From: a virus
Lineage: Duplodnaviria > Caudoviricetes
Length of the DNA stretch: 52,815 nt
Reading direction: 5' to 3' (one strand)
Virus record (IMG/VR): IMGVR_UViG_3300016667_000948
Location: 1 to 52,815 of that record
Numbering within the stretch: position 1 is the stretch's first letter; the number at the start of each line of letters is the position of its first letter. This document shows, piece by piece, positions 1 through 9,463 of the stretch. The notes under the pieces were generated by a model. It ran no database searches, had not been told where the DNA came from, and was given only the letters and a program-made list of their open reading frames with translations. The position numbers were made by a program, and so were the translations under genes.

Positions 1-34
1 TGAACTATAATAGTTCATAGAGGTAATAGAGAGT

Positions 35-622
35 ATGCAAAAAGGAACTATAGTTCAAATCGTATTGTTTTCGGTATTGTTAGTAGGTGCTGTAATAGGC
101 ATAGTATATGGAGCGACAAATCATACAGAAGCTGGAATGATGAATATATGTTGGAGTAGAGGTGGTATAGCCGACTATGGTTGCACCGAAGGTGGAGAGC
201 CATTACGCTGGAACCATTCTCCTTTGATGGTAGGAGCAGATGGAGAAGAGTCTGCCGTTCGTTCAGCTATAAGTTTGATTAATGGTCAAGTTGGTTGTGA
301 GGTATTGGTATACGCTCGGAGCGGCGGGATTGATATTAATATACGAACCGAAGGAGCTCTTGGTGGTGGTAATGAGCGTGGTGGTTCAACAAGCCATATA
401 AGAAATATTAATGGTAATATGAGAGCCAATGTAGAGTTATATGCTCCTGGTTCATTGTTGAGAAGAGTATTAGTTCACGAGTTAGGTCACGCACTTGGAT
501 TAGCACATGATGATTACAGAAGTTCTATTATGTATCCAACTCAAGAAGGCGTAACAAATATGGATATGATACAATTCAGCGAGCGTGATCGTGCGTTATT
601 GCGTGATAGTTATTGTCGCTGA
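35..622 (+). CDS. Membrane-anchored matrixin-like (M10/metzincin) zinc metalloprotease
   Basis: N-terminal hydrophobic helix IVQIVLFSVLLVGAVIGIVYG; zinc motif HELGHALGLAH followed by the Met-turn SIMYP. Confidence 0.88.
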   Translation: MQKGTIVQIVLFSVLLVGAVIGIVYGATNHTEAGMMNICWSRGGIADYGCTEGGEPLRWNHSPLMVGADGEESAVRSAISLINGQVGCEVLVYARSGGIDINIRTEGALGGGNERGGSTSHIRNINGNMRANVELYAPGSLLRRVLVHELGHALGLAHDDYRSSIMYPTQEGVTNMDMIQFSERDRALLRDSYCR

Positions 623-633
623 TATTTAAGTTC

Positions 634-1305
634 ATGGCATATAATATTAAACAGTTAACTTTAAGCAGCTATCAACAGACATATGCTGAAATGTTTGAAA
701 ATATAGAGCCTTCAGTATATCATTATGCTCCAAACATAACGGATGCATCGTCATACTGGGTTATAAACGTTTATGACATTGCAGATCCGCAAGGATCTCC
801 GGTATTAATATTCGAAAATGTTATTAATGCTGGATATAGCACGATTGTTTACTATGAGGATCTTACTCCAAATACGGAAATATACAAATATCGATTGCGT
901 GTAACAGATGCAAGCAATCAAATAGTATATGATCAGATGATTGATGCAGCGACTTATTCTACAAGTGAGTTAATATTCAAATTTGTTATTTATAGTGTTG
1001 GAAGTCCTCCTGCGGCTCCGAGTGGATTGGGTGCTGTAGCTTTGTCAAATGCTGCGATTAAATTGACTTGGACGGACAATTCAAGCGATGAAACTAATTT
1101 TCATATTGAGTTAAGTCCGGATAATAGCACATGGATTGAAATTGCCACCGTTAGTTCAAACATTGTAACATATACAAATATTGGATTAAGTCCAGCGACT
1201 ACGTATTATTACAGAGTTAGAGCTAAAAATGCCTTTGGGTATTCTTCTTATTCAAATGTTGCGAGTGCGACTACTCCACTTGGTTCTTTTGGATTTGGAG
1301 GATGA
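634..1305 (+). CDS. Fibronectin type III domain protein, probably a virion decoration protein
   Basis: C-terminal FN3 pattern PAAPSGL...IKLTWTDNS...GLSPATTYYYRVRAKN; ATG at 634 preferred over TTG 613 because it follows the ATATTTA motif. Confidence 0.82.
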   Translation: MAYNIKQLTLSSYQQTYAEMFENIEPSVYHYAPNITDASSYWVINVYDIADPQGSPVLIFENVINAGYSTIVYYEDLTPNTEIYKYRLRVTDASNQIVYDQMIDAATYSTSELIFKFVIYSVGSPPAAPSGLGAVALSNAAIKLTWTDNSSDETNFHIELSPDNSTWIEIATVSSNIVTYTNIGLSPATTYYYRVRAKNAFGYSSYSNVASATTPLGSFGFGG

Positions 1306-1367
1306 CATAAGAATACAAATCATGATAAAAAGACTACAATTTACTATTAATAAAGTGAGGATATAGT

Positions 1368-1673
1368 ATGTTGTCTAGCAAAATGGTATCTGGAGTTGAG
1401 AGAGTATTTCGTCCTGTTCGTGTAAACGGATATGTAGGCAATCAACTTTACCAAGAAGTTCATATGCATTACATTCATTTCTTAAATGAAGATGGTACGG
1501 TTCGTAAGAGCAAGCTTGATAGAATGGAAAATGGAAAGCTTTGGATGGAAAGTACGGGACAGAGGTCGTTATATGGGGAATGTGAATATGTGTTTCCTGA
1601 TGGAATAAAAAAGCACCTGATCCTTTTGGGAACAGATGCTCGTGGTAATCCTATGATACCTGGCGTTATGTGA
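1368..1673 (+). CDS. Hypothetical protein
   Basis: 101-aa ORF with GAGG SD; fills the gap and abuts a convergent gene. Confidence 0.6.
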   Translation: MLSSKMVSGVERVFRPVRVNGYVGNQLYQEVHMHYIHFLNEDGTVRKSKLDRMENGKLWMESTGQRSLYGECEYVFPDGIKKHLILLGTDARGNPMIPGVM

Positions 1674-2003
1674 TCAGTCTTTACCTGGTAGTATAAGCGA
1701 AGGAGTATTAGAACGTTCTAGTGTCGGAGATACTGGGACGTTTTTTCTATTTTCTCCAATTGTTTTAACAATAGCACGCATTGTTTTATTGTCTTCAAGT
1801 TCAAGAGACAGTAGATAGATGATATAAAGCATTTGACGTTGAGATATGCCAAATTTCTTTATTTCCATAACGATATCTCTGCAATCTTTACGTTTATTGA
1901 CTGAAAGTTCAAGTTCAATATTTGGTTGGATATATTCTTCGCCTTCTTGAGCTTCTTCTGTAAGGAGGCTATCCCATTCACCTGATTTATTTTCTTCTGT
2001 CAT
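1674..2003 (-). CDS. Hypothetical phage protein
   Basis: 109-aa ORF with 4-bp overlap to the upstream minus-strand gene. Confidence 0.7.
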   Translation of the reverse strand: MTEENKSGEWDSLLTEEAQEGEEYIQPNIELELSVNKRKDCRDIVMEIKKFGISQRQMLYIIYLLSLELEDNKTMRAIVKTIGENRKNVPVSPTLERSNTPSLILPGKD

Positions 2004-2470
2004 ATCATGCCCTCTTCTCTTTCAAATGATTTGATATCATAAATGGTTTCGCCAAGAATGACAATATATTTTCCTATGATAGTTGTACCTTCTCGTTCTT
2101 GAGATAGGGTGAATCCTCTTCCCCATAGACCATTAGTTATAATGAATTGTGCTTCTTGCCAGTAGGGAAGGTCACATTGATTTTGATCTAATATAGCGGC
2201 TAATCTGGGAGGTAAGGAAGACTTTATATCGTCTATAGTAAGGAGAGCATTCATATTCTCTTTGCGGAGCAGGATGCTTTTACTTATTTCATTTACCTTG
2301 TGTATAACGCCGCAGTTATTGCATTGAGCATAAGATGACACTACAGAACCATCTGTTGTATCAATTTCAGAGAATGCAAGAAATTTGTGGAATACAGGTG
2401 GTTCTACGTTCTTATATTGAGGAAGAACGCATTTGCATTCAAGGAGATGTTTTACATAATCTTTGGTCAT
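2000..2470 (-). CDS. Hypothetical Cys-rich, possibly Zn-binding protein
   Basis: HLLECKC and CNNCGVIH motifs; 156 aa in a minus-strand operon. Confidence 0.7.
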   Translation of the reverse strand: MTKDYVKHLLECKCVLPQYKNVEPPVFHKFLAFSEIDTTDGSVVSSYAQCNNCGVIHKVNEISKSILLRKENMNALLTIDDIKSSLPPRLAAILDQNQCDLPYWQEAQFIITNGLWGRGFTLSQEREGTTIIGKYIVILGETIYDIKSFEREEGMI

Positions 2471-2591
2471 AGGAAGAATTGGATTATATAAAAGGCTATG
2501 GAAGAAATGGTAGTAGTAGCGCCAAAATATTTAGCGACACGTTTCCATTTCTCCCGTTTTTGTTTTTGAAGTTGAAATTCCTCGAGTTCGG

Positions 2592-2915
2592 TCAGCTTAC
2601 TGTCCGAGCTCTCTTGGATTTTCCCGGCGTTCTCTCTGCTTTTGTAGAGAGCCCAGCATCCAAAGGGTTTTCTTGGTCAGTCAACTCCGTGAGTTCTTTA
2701 TCAAGCTTTCCCATGTAGCGATCAATAGAAGTCATAAAACCATTTTCAATGGCTGTTCTGACGATATCAAGAACAACGGTAAGCTGCTCTCTATCAATCT
2801 CTGGGTGCTTTTTGCGAATAGTAAGAACTGTAAAATCTACGGTTGATTCTTTAACTTCATTAAGAAGTCCGTGAATATTTCTCTCAATGGCTGTTTCTAA
2901 ACGTTTACGATCCAT
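2592..2915 (-). CDS. Hypothetical protein
   Basis: 107-aa ORF preceded by GAGGAG SD on the minus strand. Confidence 0.7.
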   Translation of the reverse strand: MDRKRLETAIERNIHGLLNEVKESTVDFTVLTIRKKHPEIDREQLTVVLDIVRTAIENGFMTSIDRYMGKLDKELTELTDQENPLDAGLSTKAERTPGKSKRARTVS

Positions 2916-2924
2916 ATTATCTCC

Positions 2925-3491
2925 TCAAATCGTTTCTTTGACCCGAATTTTTCGTTTTGTATGTCTATCTGCGATACAGTTAGCAGCATATGATTCGGGT
3001 TTCAAAACGCAATCATAACCAGAGGATATAACATAACCTTTAAGTTGTTCGGAAAATGAAGAAGTGAATTCTTTTTTAACTGGTAAAGAAGCATCTACAT
3101 GGCAGACGGGCTTTACTCCCGTTTGTTCTGTAATCATGTTAGCAACTTCTAGAGTTCTAGCAACTTCATCAAACATACGCATCTTTTGATTAGAACTTCC
3201 AAAGTGCTGGCGTCTAACGTATTCAGATTTGTAATAGTATGTTCCACCCTTTCCACGTTCCCATAGAGCTACTACGGTAATATAGAAGAGGTATTTACCA
3301 CGATATTGGCTATCAGTTCCTACGGCTATTTCACAATCTTTATTATAGCGTAGCCTCCCAATATGTTCTAAAACCTGTGAAGTTTCAAAGCGATGCTTGG
3401 CACCTGGGCATTTCCAGAGTGAACTGTAGGTATTGTTTATGTCTACCTCTTCTTCGATATCATTGACTGTTTCTAACATTAATGCAGACAT
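2925..3491 (-). CDS. RNase H-like YkuK (DUF458) family protein
   Basis: IAVGTDSQ, GKGG, RMFDEV..TL.VA, HVD and KPESYAA..IAD motifs typical of YkuK. Confidence 0.85.
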   Translation of the reverse strand: MSALMLETVNDIEEEVDINNTYSSLWKCPGAKHRFETSQVLEHIGRLRYNKDCEIAVGTDSQYRGKYLFYITVVALWERGKGGTYYYKSEYVRRQHFGSSNQKMRMFDEVARTLEVANMITEQTGVKPVCHVDASLPVKKEFTSSFSEQLKGYVISSGYDCVLKPESYAANCIADRHTKRKIRVKETI

Positions 3492-3494
3492 AAA

Positions 3495-4208
3495 TCACCT
3501 TTCTTCATCCTCGGGGTCGCCGGGACGTACATCGACTTTTGACCATGTGTTTGGCTTTTCTTTTGATTTCACGAAGAAATTTGATTTGACATAGCCGCAT
3601 AGATAGTTCCTACACATATCTGGTCGTTGCTCATAAATATTGCACATACCGTTCAGGTTATTTAAGAATTTGCAACCAAAATGTGGACCTTCAATTTGCA
3701 TACGCATTATAGGATATGTTTCTTTTTTCTCAAAGATTTCATGTCCTTTAAAAAAGTTTCTTCCGATTAATACACCTTCTTCATAGTCTATGACTATATC
3801 TTGACGTGTAACATTGATTCCACGTTTTTTAAACCATTCAACAATTTTCTTAATCCATTTTTCATCTAATGGACCCAATACGTGTTCAAGTTGATCGGGA
3901 TTTAAGCGACAGCACATGGCTTTAGTGCCTGGAATACCACAACAGTTTCCAAGACAAGTATCCATAGCTTTTTTATCTGTCCAATGAACACGTTCAGAAT
4001 TGGGTTTTGATGGATGCATATCCATATGATTAAGATAAACTACGGGAAGATAGAACCGATTTTCTTTTTTAAGTTCTCGAAGTTCTTCTTTTGATAGATT
4101 ATGTTTTTTATGATCTGTTTCTAAAGCGATATTGGTTCTATCATCAGATTCATATAAATCTTCGATAGATATTGTTCTTAATGTTTTTGGTGCGGTTTTC
4201 TCATCCAT
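3495..4208 (-). CDS. YkgJ-family (CxxCxxCC-type) cysteine-cluster protein
   Basis: CLGNCC...CC near the N-terminal half and CKFL...CNIYEQRPDMCRNY.C at the C-terminus; ATG 4208 chosen over TTG 4220. Confidence 0.78.
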   Translation of the reverse strand: MDEKTAPKTLRTISIEDLYESDDRTNIALETDHKKHNLSKEELRELKKENRFYLPVVYLNHMDMHPSKPNSERVHWTDKKAMDTCLGNCCGIPGTKAMCCRLNPDQLEHVLGPLDEKWIKKIVEWFKKRGINVTRQDIVIDYEEGVLIGRNFFKGHEIFEKKETYPIMRMQIEGPHFGCKFLNNLNGMCNIYEQRPDMCRNYLCGYVKSNFFVKSKEKPNTWSKVDVRPGDPEDEER

Positions 4209-4270
4209 ATGTTTATCCAAACAGAAAACTACTTATTAGGGTAAAATACCTACTTGGAGTTCGCTTGTAT

Positions 4271-6781
4271 ATGTCACAGCTTCGCAAAGAATACAAAGAA
4301 TTTAAACAGTTTCATGAAGATATCTTTAAGGAAGCCGCAGAGGCTTGGACAGAAGAAAATGTCATATTGATTAATGAACGTCTTAATCGTAATGCGATAT
4401 ATCGTCTTAATTCTGCTATAGAACGTTTTGACAATAAATTTGGCAAATACAAGGAACAGCTCCCAGCAATAGCAGATATTCTGAATAAAGCAGAGAATGG
4501 ACTTCATTTAGTTATTAATGGTAAAGTTGGTTCCCGCTCTACTGCATTGATGCTTCAACGTATGAGCATCATATACAACATTTTATCCAGCTTCTTTGGT
4601 GGAGACTTAGGAGCACTTCTAAAGACTCCAGCTTTCCGTATAGCACATGAAAAACCAGATGAAAAGATTGATAAGATTATTGATCATGGTCATGATGTTA
4701 AAGCCATTAGAAGAAACTTGGCCGCAGCATTGAAACCAAGCGAAGAAGAAAGAACAATATTTAGACGTGCTTTTAAAAGCTTTGATATGCCAAATCTAGA
4801 TTGGAATATGGCAGCAAAGCAACTTTGTTGTTTATCTTGTAATGAACTTAAAGACTTGACCGGTGTTGAAAAAATACCAATGGTTGTTGTAGATGTAGAC
4901 GAATCTGAAAAAGAAACCGTAGCTGATGCGGGTGAAGGTGTTGTTGAAGCTGGCGCAGGTGTCGCTCGAGCATATAACAGAGCTTCTGGTACAATTGCAA
5001 GAGGGGCTAATGTTGCTGCTCAATATGGTATACCATTAGCGGGCGCAGCCGTGGGCGCAGGAGTAACGGCTGCTGGCACAGGAATATCTGCTATTATTGA
5101 TCGATTCAAAAGTCGTTCAAAAGAAATGACTGTTGCAATTAATAAGTTAGAAAAATATGTAAGCGGCGTGGAGGGTTTTGAAAATATTGATAAAGCATTA
5201 GGACAGCTAAGAGATAAATCTAAAACAGCAGCAAATGCAAAATTTGATACTGCTGGTGGTGTTCGTGGTTTGTTCAAACACCCTTCTGTAATTGTTATGA
5301 AGCAAGCCATTATGGCTACTGAAGCAATCGAAGCTGTATTAAAAGCTTGGAACGAACATATTAAGGAAACTTATAAAGGCGGAATTAAACAAGAAGACTT
5401 ACCAAAAATCAAAAAAGAACTAGAAAAGCGAGTTAAAGGTGGTGTTTTTAGTAGAATTAAAGGCGCCGTATCTGGAGTAAAGCCTTTTCCTGGATTGTCT
5501 TCTGATGATATAATCAATGCAGTAATGAATGTGGCTGGTATTGGAATAACGGGTGGCGAAGCACAACCTCCAAGTGGCGCTGGTCCAGCACAAGGCGCTG
5601 CGCCGGGGGCAGGAGTAACCGAAACCATCATTCAAGAAGCTCTGCTTAAAAGATTTAACAGCAGAAACTTGCAACTTGAAAACGTCTATAAGTCCATTAA
5701 TGCATTTATGCTTACAGAAGATTATGCTGATTTGCAAAGATTAGTTACGCAAATTGGGACATTCGAAAAGACGGATAGTGGCAAGGTTGAAGATGCTTTA
5801 ACCAAAGATATAGAATCTGTGCAAAAAACTGGTAAAGTTCCTGGAGCTCCAAAAACTTCTCAAACAACTCAACCAAAACAACAAGGTGCAGCAAAAGGTG
5901 AAACAACAAATGTACAACCTCCAACTACGCCACAACAAGCTGTGAAGGCGGCTCAAGAAATTACAAAAGAAGCAGAAGGAACTGCTGAACAGGATCCTGG
6001 ATTTGAATTGCAAGATTTGAATGTTCTTAATACGTCTATTGATGTTTTGAATAAAAGTTTAAGCAATCCCCTTAATGCAGATTTGCTTAAAAGTGTGAAT
6101 GCTCAAATTGCAGCACTGCAAGTTCCTGGCGTTTCTGATTATAACACCGCAAGAGATTTTATAACTCAATATCAGTCAATCATTTCAGAACCAAACTTAC
6201 AAAATACTCAAAAAGCTGTTGCAACAGTTATAGCTACAATTAACAAATATCCAGAATATGAAGTTGATTTAAGTGGTTTACAGGAATCTAAAAACAAAAA
6301 AGCAAACGAAAGAAGACAATTATTGGTTGAGAAAATTAAACAAATTATTCTGGAACAACTTGAAGAAGCTCAAGTCGCTCCGGCGGGGGACGGGCAGCCG
6401 GTGCAGGCTACACCTTCAACAGCATCAGGAACAGCCACAGGTGCGGCAAGCCCAGGTCAAATAATGCCAACTGTAGAAGTTAAACAAGAACAAACTGTAA
6501 TAATAGATGATGATGTTATTAAACAGTACGTAACTGCTGTTAATAAATTAAATTCAATGACAGTTCAACAAAGAACTAGTCTTGAATCAAGCATTTCACA
6601 AGCTATTGCACAGTACCAAATTCCAAATGTCAACAATTTACAAACGTTTACAAATTATATAACAACATATCAAAGTATTATGACAAATGCAAAGAATTTA
6701 AGAAAGATTTTGAGTATAGTTAATAAGACTGCAAACGTTGTAAGTAAAACACCGGTAGTTGCACCAACGCAAAGAGCGTGA
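4271..6781 (+). CDS. Large modular helical protein, probable internal head/ejected protein
   Basis: ATG at 4271 after ATACCTA and GGAG; repeated hydrophobic-x-E clusters, P/Q/A/T linkers, an internal duplication and a Gly/Ala hydrophobic segment; function is inference. Confidence 0.6.
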   Translation: MSQLRKEYKEFKQFHEDIFKEAAEAWTEENVILINERLNRNAIYRLNSAIERFDNKFGKYKEQLPAIADILNKAENGLHLVINGKVGSRSTALMLQRMSIIYNILSSFFGGDLGALLKTPAFRIAHEKPDEKIDKIIDHGHDVKAIRRNLAAALKPSEEERTIFRRAFKSFDMPNLDWNMAAKQLCCLSCNELKDLTGVEKIPMVVVDVDESEKETVADAGEGVVEAGAGVARAYNRASGTIARGANVAAQYGIPLAGAAVGAGVTAAGTGISAIIDRFKSRSKEMTVAINKLEKYVSGVEGFENIDKALGQLRDKSKTAANAKFDTAGGVRGLFKHPSVIVMKQAIMATEAIEAVLKAWNEHIKETYKGGIKQEDLPKIKKELEKRVKGGVFSRIKGAVSGVKPFPGLSSDDIINAVMNVAGIGITGGEAQPPSGAGPAQGAAPGAGVTETIIQEALLKRFNSRNLQLENVYKSINAFMLTEDYADLQRLVTQIGTFEKTDSGKVEDALTKDIESVQKTGKVPGAPKTSQTTQPKQQGAAKGETTNVQPPTTPQQAVKAAQEITKEAEGTAEQDPGFELQDLNVLNTSIDVLNKSLSNPLNADLLKSVNAQIAALQVPGVSDYNTARDFITQYQSIISEPNLQNTQKAVATVIATINKYPEYEVDLSGLQESKNKKANERRQLLVEKIKQIILEQLEEAQVAPAGDGQPVQATPSTASGTATGAASPGQIMPTVEVKQEQTVIIDDDVIKQYVTAVNKLNSMTVQQRTSLESSISQAIAQYQIPNVNNLQTFTNYITTYQSIMTNAKNLRKILSIVNKTANVVSKTPVVAPTQRA

Positions 6782-6785
6782 TGAA

Positions 6786-8180
6786 TCAATTGGCGAAATG
6801 AATCATGCCGTTGCTTGATAACAAAAGCAACATGGTTTTACCAACAATATGAAGGGTTGCCAGCAAGCTTAAAGTTGGCAACTCTTTCTTTTCTTCAGAT
6901 AGTCTCTTAATGCCATCGTAAAGGGCTCTAGAAACGTCTGTAGAGCCTCTATCCATCTGGGACAGTAGAAGGTCTAGGTCTACAACTCCATAGTTTAAAA
7001 CGGTCTTTACAGCTCTCAATCCGTTATCAAGTTTAACTCTAACATCATCCAAGTTATTGGCTGGCATATTAGGAAGATGAACTATAACAGAGTTAGAAAC
7101 AAGACTTCGAAGTCTCTTATCTAATAGATTCACAATATCTTCAACCGGCTCATTCTGTCTCTTCTCTACAAGATATTTTATTTGAGCGGCAATTGCATTT
7201 TGTGCGGCTCTATGCTGTACAACTAATTCTGTTCTATTACAACGAATATTATCTACGATTGGAATATCATCATAGTCCAAGAAACATAGTCTATCGCCTT
7301 TGAGACTTGTAACTGGAGTTGTATTGCAGCATTTAGCTATATCAGATATAACGTTAATACTCTCGAGGTCTGGCATAACACGAATAGCAATGCATTCAAA
7401 GTTTCCTCTTTCTTGATTTGCTTTTAAGGTGGCGACGATCTCTTCAGAGAAGCCTTGAGCCAATATCATTAGAGGTATTTTTGTTTCGCATGATTTGATT
7501 AAGATATGCTCTATCTCTGAAGCATCTTCTATAACGCCGTCTATTAAAATAACCTTGCAATTTTTAGTTTCCCACTTGTTTTCAGATTGAAAAAAGAATT
7601 TATAAGGATTAACTTTAAAATAGTGACCTAACTTTTGTTCTATCACATATGCATCTTGCTTGCCATTTTCAATATATACTTTACCTTCTAGTCCAGCCAG
7701 CGAAATAGATTCCCATACAACATCAGCCAATATATTGTCATATGCAACAGCAGTCAATATTGATTTTTTAATATCTTCTGGATTTGCTGGTTTAGCTATC
7801 TGCCTAACCAGTTTATGTATATTATCTATTTCTAATTGGTAGCCTTCCACAATGGCAGTAGAGTTGCTTTTAATATCTTCTCCTGCCAACAAAGATTTAC
7901 TAAAAGAGTTTGCAAATACAAACGAGTTAGGTCCAGCACCTTGGCTCAATAGTTCCGTCTGATAAGCTATATTGAATATATGGGAACAGTAGGCACGTTC
8001 TAATCTGTCCTTGGGTTGAAGGAGATTGATTACGAAGTGGTATGTATCTTTATTAAGGGAATAGAGTTGTTGAGATAGCGATTTCTCTACTTTTTTGTAG
8101 ATATTTTCAAGATTCTCGGCGGTATCAAGAAAACTTCTATTGATTATGTTTTTATTAGCCCATGTAGTTTTGTGTAGCAT
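6786..8180 (-). CDS. groEL: Divergent GroEL/Cpn60-like chaperonin with degenerate ATPase motifs
   Basis: GroEL intermediate/apical features AGLEGKVYIENG, PLMILAQGFSEEIVATLKANQERG and LDKRLRSL; GDGTTT motif absent. Confidence 0.8.
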   Translation of the reverse strand: MLHKTTWANKNIINRSFLDTAENLENIYKKVEKSLSQQLYSLNKDTYHFVINLLQPKDRLERAYCSHIFNIAYQTELLSQGAGPNSFVFANSFSKSLLAGEDIKSNSTAIVEGYQLEIDNIHKLVRQIAKPANPEDIKKSILTAVAYDNILADVVWESISLAGLEGKVYIENGKQDAYVIEQKLGHYFKVNPYKFFFQSENKWETKNCKVILIDGVIEDASEIEHILIKSCETKIPLMILAQGFSEEIVATLKANQERGNFECIAIRVMPDLESINVISDIAKCCNTTPVTSLKGDRLCFLDYDDIPIVDNIRCNRTELVVQHRAAQNAIAAQIKYLVEKRQNEPVEDIVNLLDKRLRSLVSNSVIVHLPNMPANNLDDVRVKLDNGLRAVKTVLNYGVVDLDLLLSQMDRGSTDVSRALYDGIKRLSEEKKELPTLSLLATLHIVGKTMLLLLSSNGMIHFAN

Positions 8181-8230
8181 ATTTATAGTAGGTGGTTTGT
8201 AAGTTAAAAGCTTAAGGGGAAGGTGTCTTT

Positions 8231-8785
8231 ATGTCTGATAATGATAATATGTCAGTAGAAAGAGTAAAGCTTGAAATGCTTGAAACTCTTCTTAAAGGTA
8301 TTAGCGAAAAACTACACAAGGCAGAAGTCTTGAATGGTGGCTTTGATCGTTTACAAGGCGATATGGCATCTCTTCGTGAACACGTTGGAGAAATCCGCAC
8401 AGAAGTTCTTAAAGTTAACGTAGAGCTTTCCCATGTAAGAGAACAAAGCGGCGAATTCAAAAAAGATTTGGCTCGTATAGATGAAGCTATATACCATCCA
8501 GACAATGGCATTTATAAGAGAATTCATCGTTCAAGTGATATTGAAGACTTGAGAGATAAGAAGATTGATAAGGCACTTGAAAAGATTGATGCCGTCCAAA
8601 AGACAATTGATCCAATTGAGAAGACAGACAAAGATTTGAAAAAAATAGCTGGAGATGATCTCAAGGAATTATCTACAATTGTTAAGACCCGTCAAAATAT
8701 TGACCGCATCTTCTGGATATTAGTAACGGCAGTTCTTGGTGGCGCAGGCAAATTCATTTGGGATGCCATAGTTTCAAACGGTTGA
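8231..8785 (+). CDS. Coiled-coil protein with a C-terminal transmembrane helix
   Basis: Heptad-rich body ending in IFWILVTAVLGGAGKFIWDAIV. Confidence 0.7.
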   Translation: MSDNDNMSVERVKLEMLETLLKGISEKLHKAEVLNGGFDRLQGDMASLREHVGEIRTEVLKVNVELSHVREQSGEFKKDLARIDEAIYHPDNGIYKRIHRSSDIEDLRDKKIDKALEKIDAVQKTIDPIEKTDKDLKKIAGDDLKELSTIVKTRQNIDRIFWILVTAVLGGAGKFIWDAIVSNG

Positions 8786-8861
8786 TTTTTAGACAAACAT
8801 AAATTACGCCAATAAATTACGAAAATAAAACAGCAACATATATATTGTTGAGGAGTAATTT

Positions 8862-9092
8862 ATGAGCGAAACAGTAAAAACCCCAGAAGAAATCCTTGCA
8901 GCTTGGGCAGACCTTCGTGTAGGTCTTGAAGAGTTAGATAAGGATCTAACAAAGAACTTAACCAAAGGTAACGTTGCAGCAGGACGTAGAGCTCGTGCAG
9001 GCTTCCGTGCTCTTAAGAAAGCTGCAACAGAAATTATGAAAGATATGGTTGCACTTGAGAAAGCTGCTGCCGTTTCAGAAGAAAAAGGCTGA
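8862..9092 (+). CDS. Histone H1-like (Hc1 family) small DNA-binding protein
   Basis: KGNVAAGRRARAGFRALKK matches the Hc1 GN.AAG.RAR core; strong GAGGAG SD. Confidence 0.78.
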   Translation: MSETVKTPEEILAAWADLRVGLEELDKDLTKNLTKGNVAAGRRARAGFRALKKAATEIMKDMVALEKAAAVSEEKG

Positions 9093-9097
9093 TAATC

Positions 9098-9463
9098 ATG
9101 GGATTATTTAAAGGTCTTTCTGATAAAATATATACCAAAGCTGATTACTACCGTGAGATGGAAGCTCGCCAGGCAGCAAAAATAGCTGCTAAAGCAGCTC
9201 CTGTTGTTGTAGTTCCAGTTAAAGAGCCAGAATGGTTGGAGCCCGAACCAGTTTCTGTAGAACCTTTGGCGTCTGTCGTTGAAGAAGTTGTTGTTCCTTT
9301 TGTAGAAGAGACAGCCGCTGCTCCAATTGCAGAGCCTGAACCTGTGCCAGAGACGGTATCAGATACAGCGTCTGCCGAACCAAATGATCTTGTTGCAGAG
9401 GTTCCAGAAGCACCAAAAGAAGAAAAGAAAAGCGTTTCAAAGCAAAAAAGAAAGAAGTCTTAA
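9098..9463 (+). CDS. Low-complexity Pro/Glu/Val/Ala-rich protein with basic tail
   Basis: EPEP repeats and C-terminal KQKRKKS; 1-bp overlap with phoH. Confidence 0.6.
   Translation: MGLFKGLSDKIYTKADYYREMEARQAAKIAAKAAPVVVVPVKEPEWLEPEPVSVEPLASVVEEVVVPFVEETAAAPIAEPEPVPETVSDTASAEPNDLVAEVPEAPKEEKKSVSKQKRKKS

Noticed and set aside
613-990. LIFKF appears both at the track's TTG-start extension and at about 970
   Set aside because: The first copy overlaps the previous gene's stop and the promoter motif, upstream of the likely ATG; probably chance
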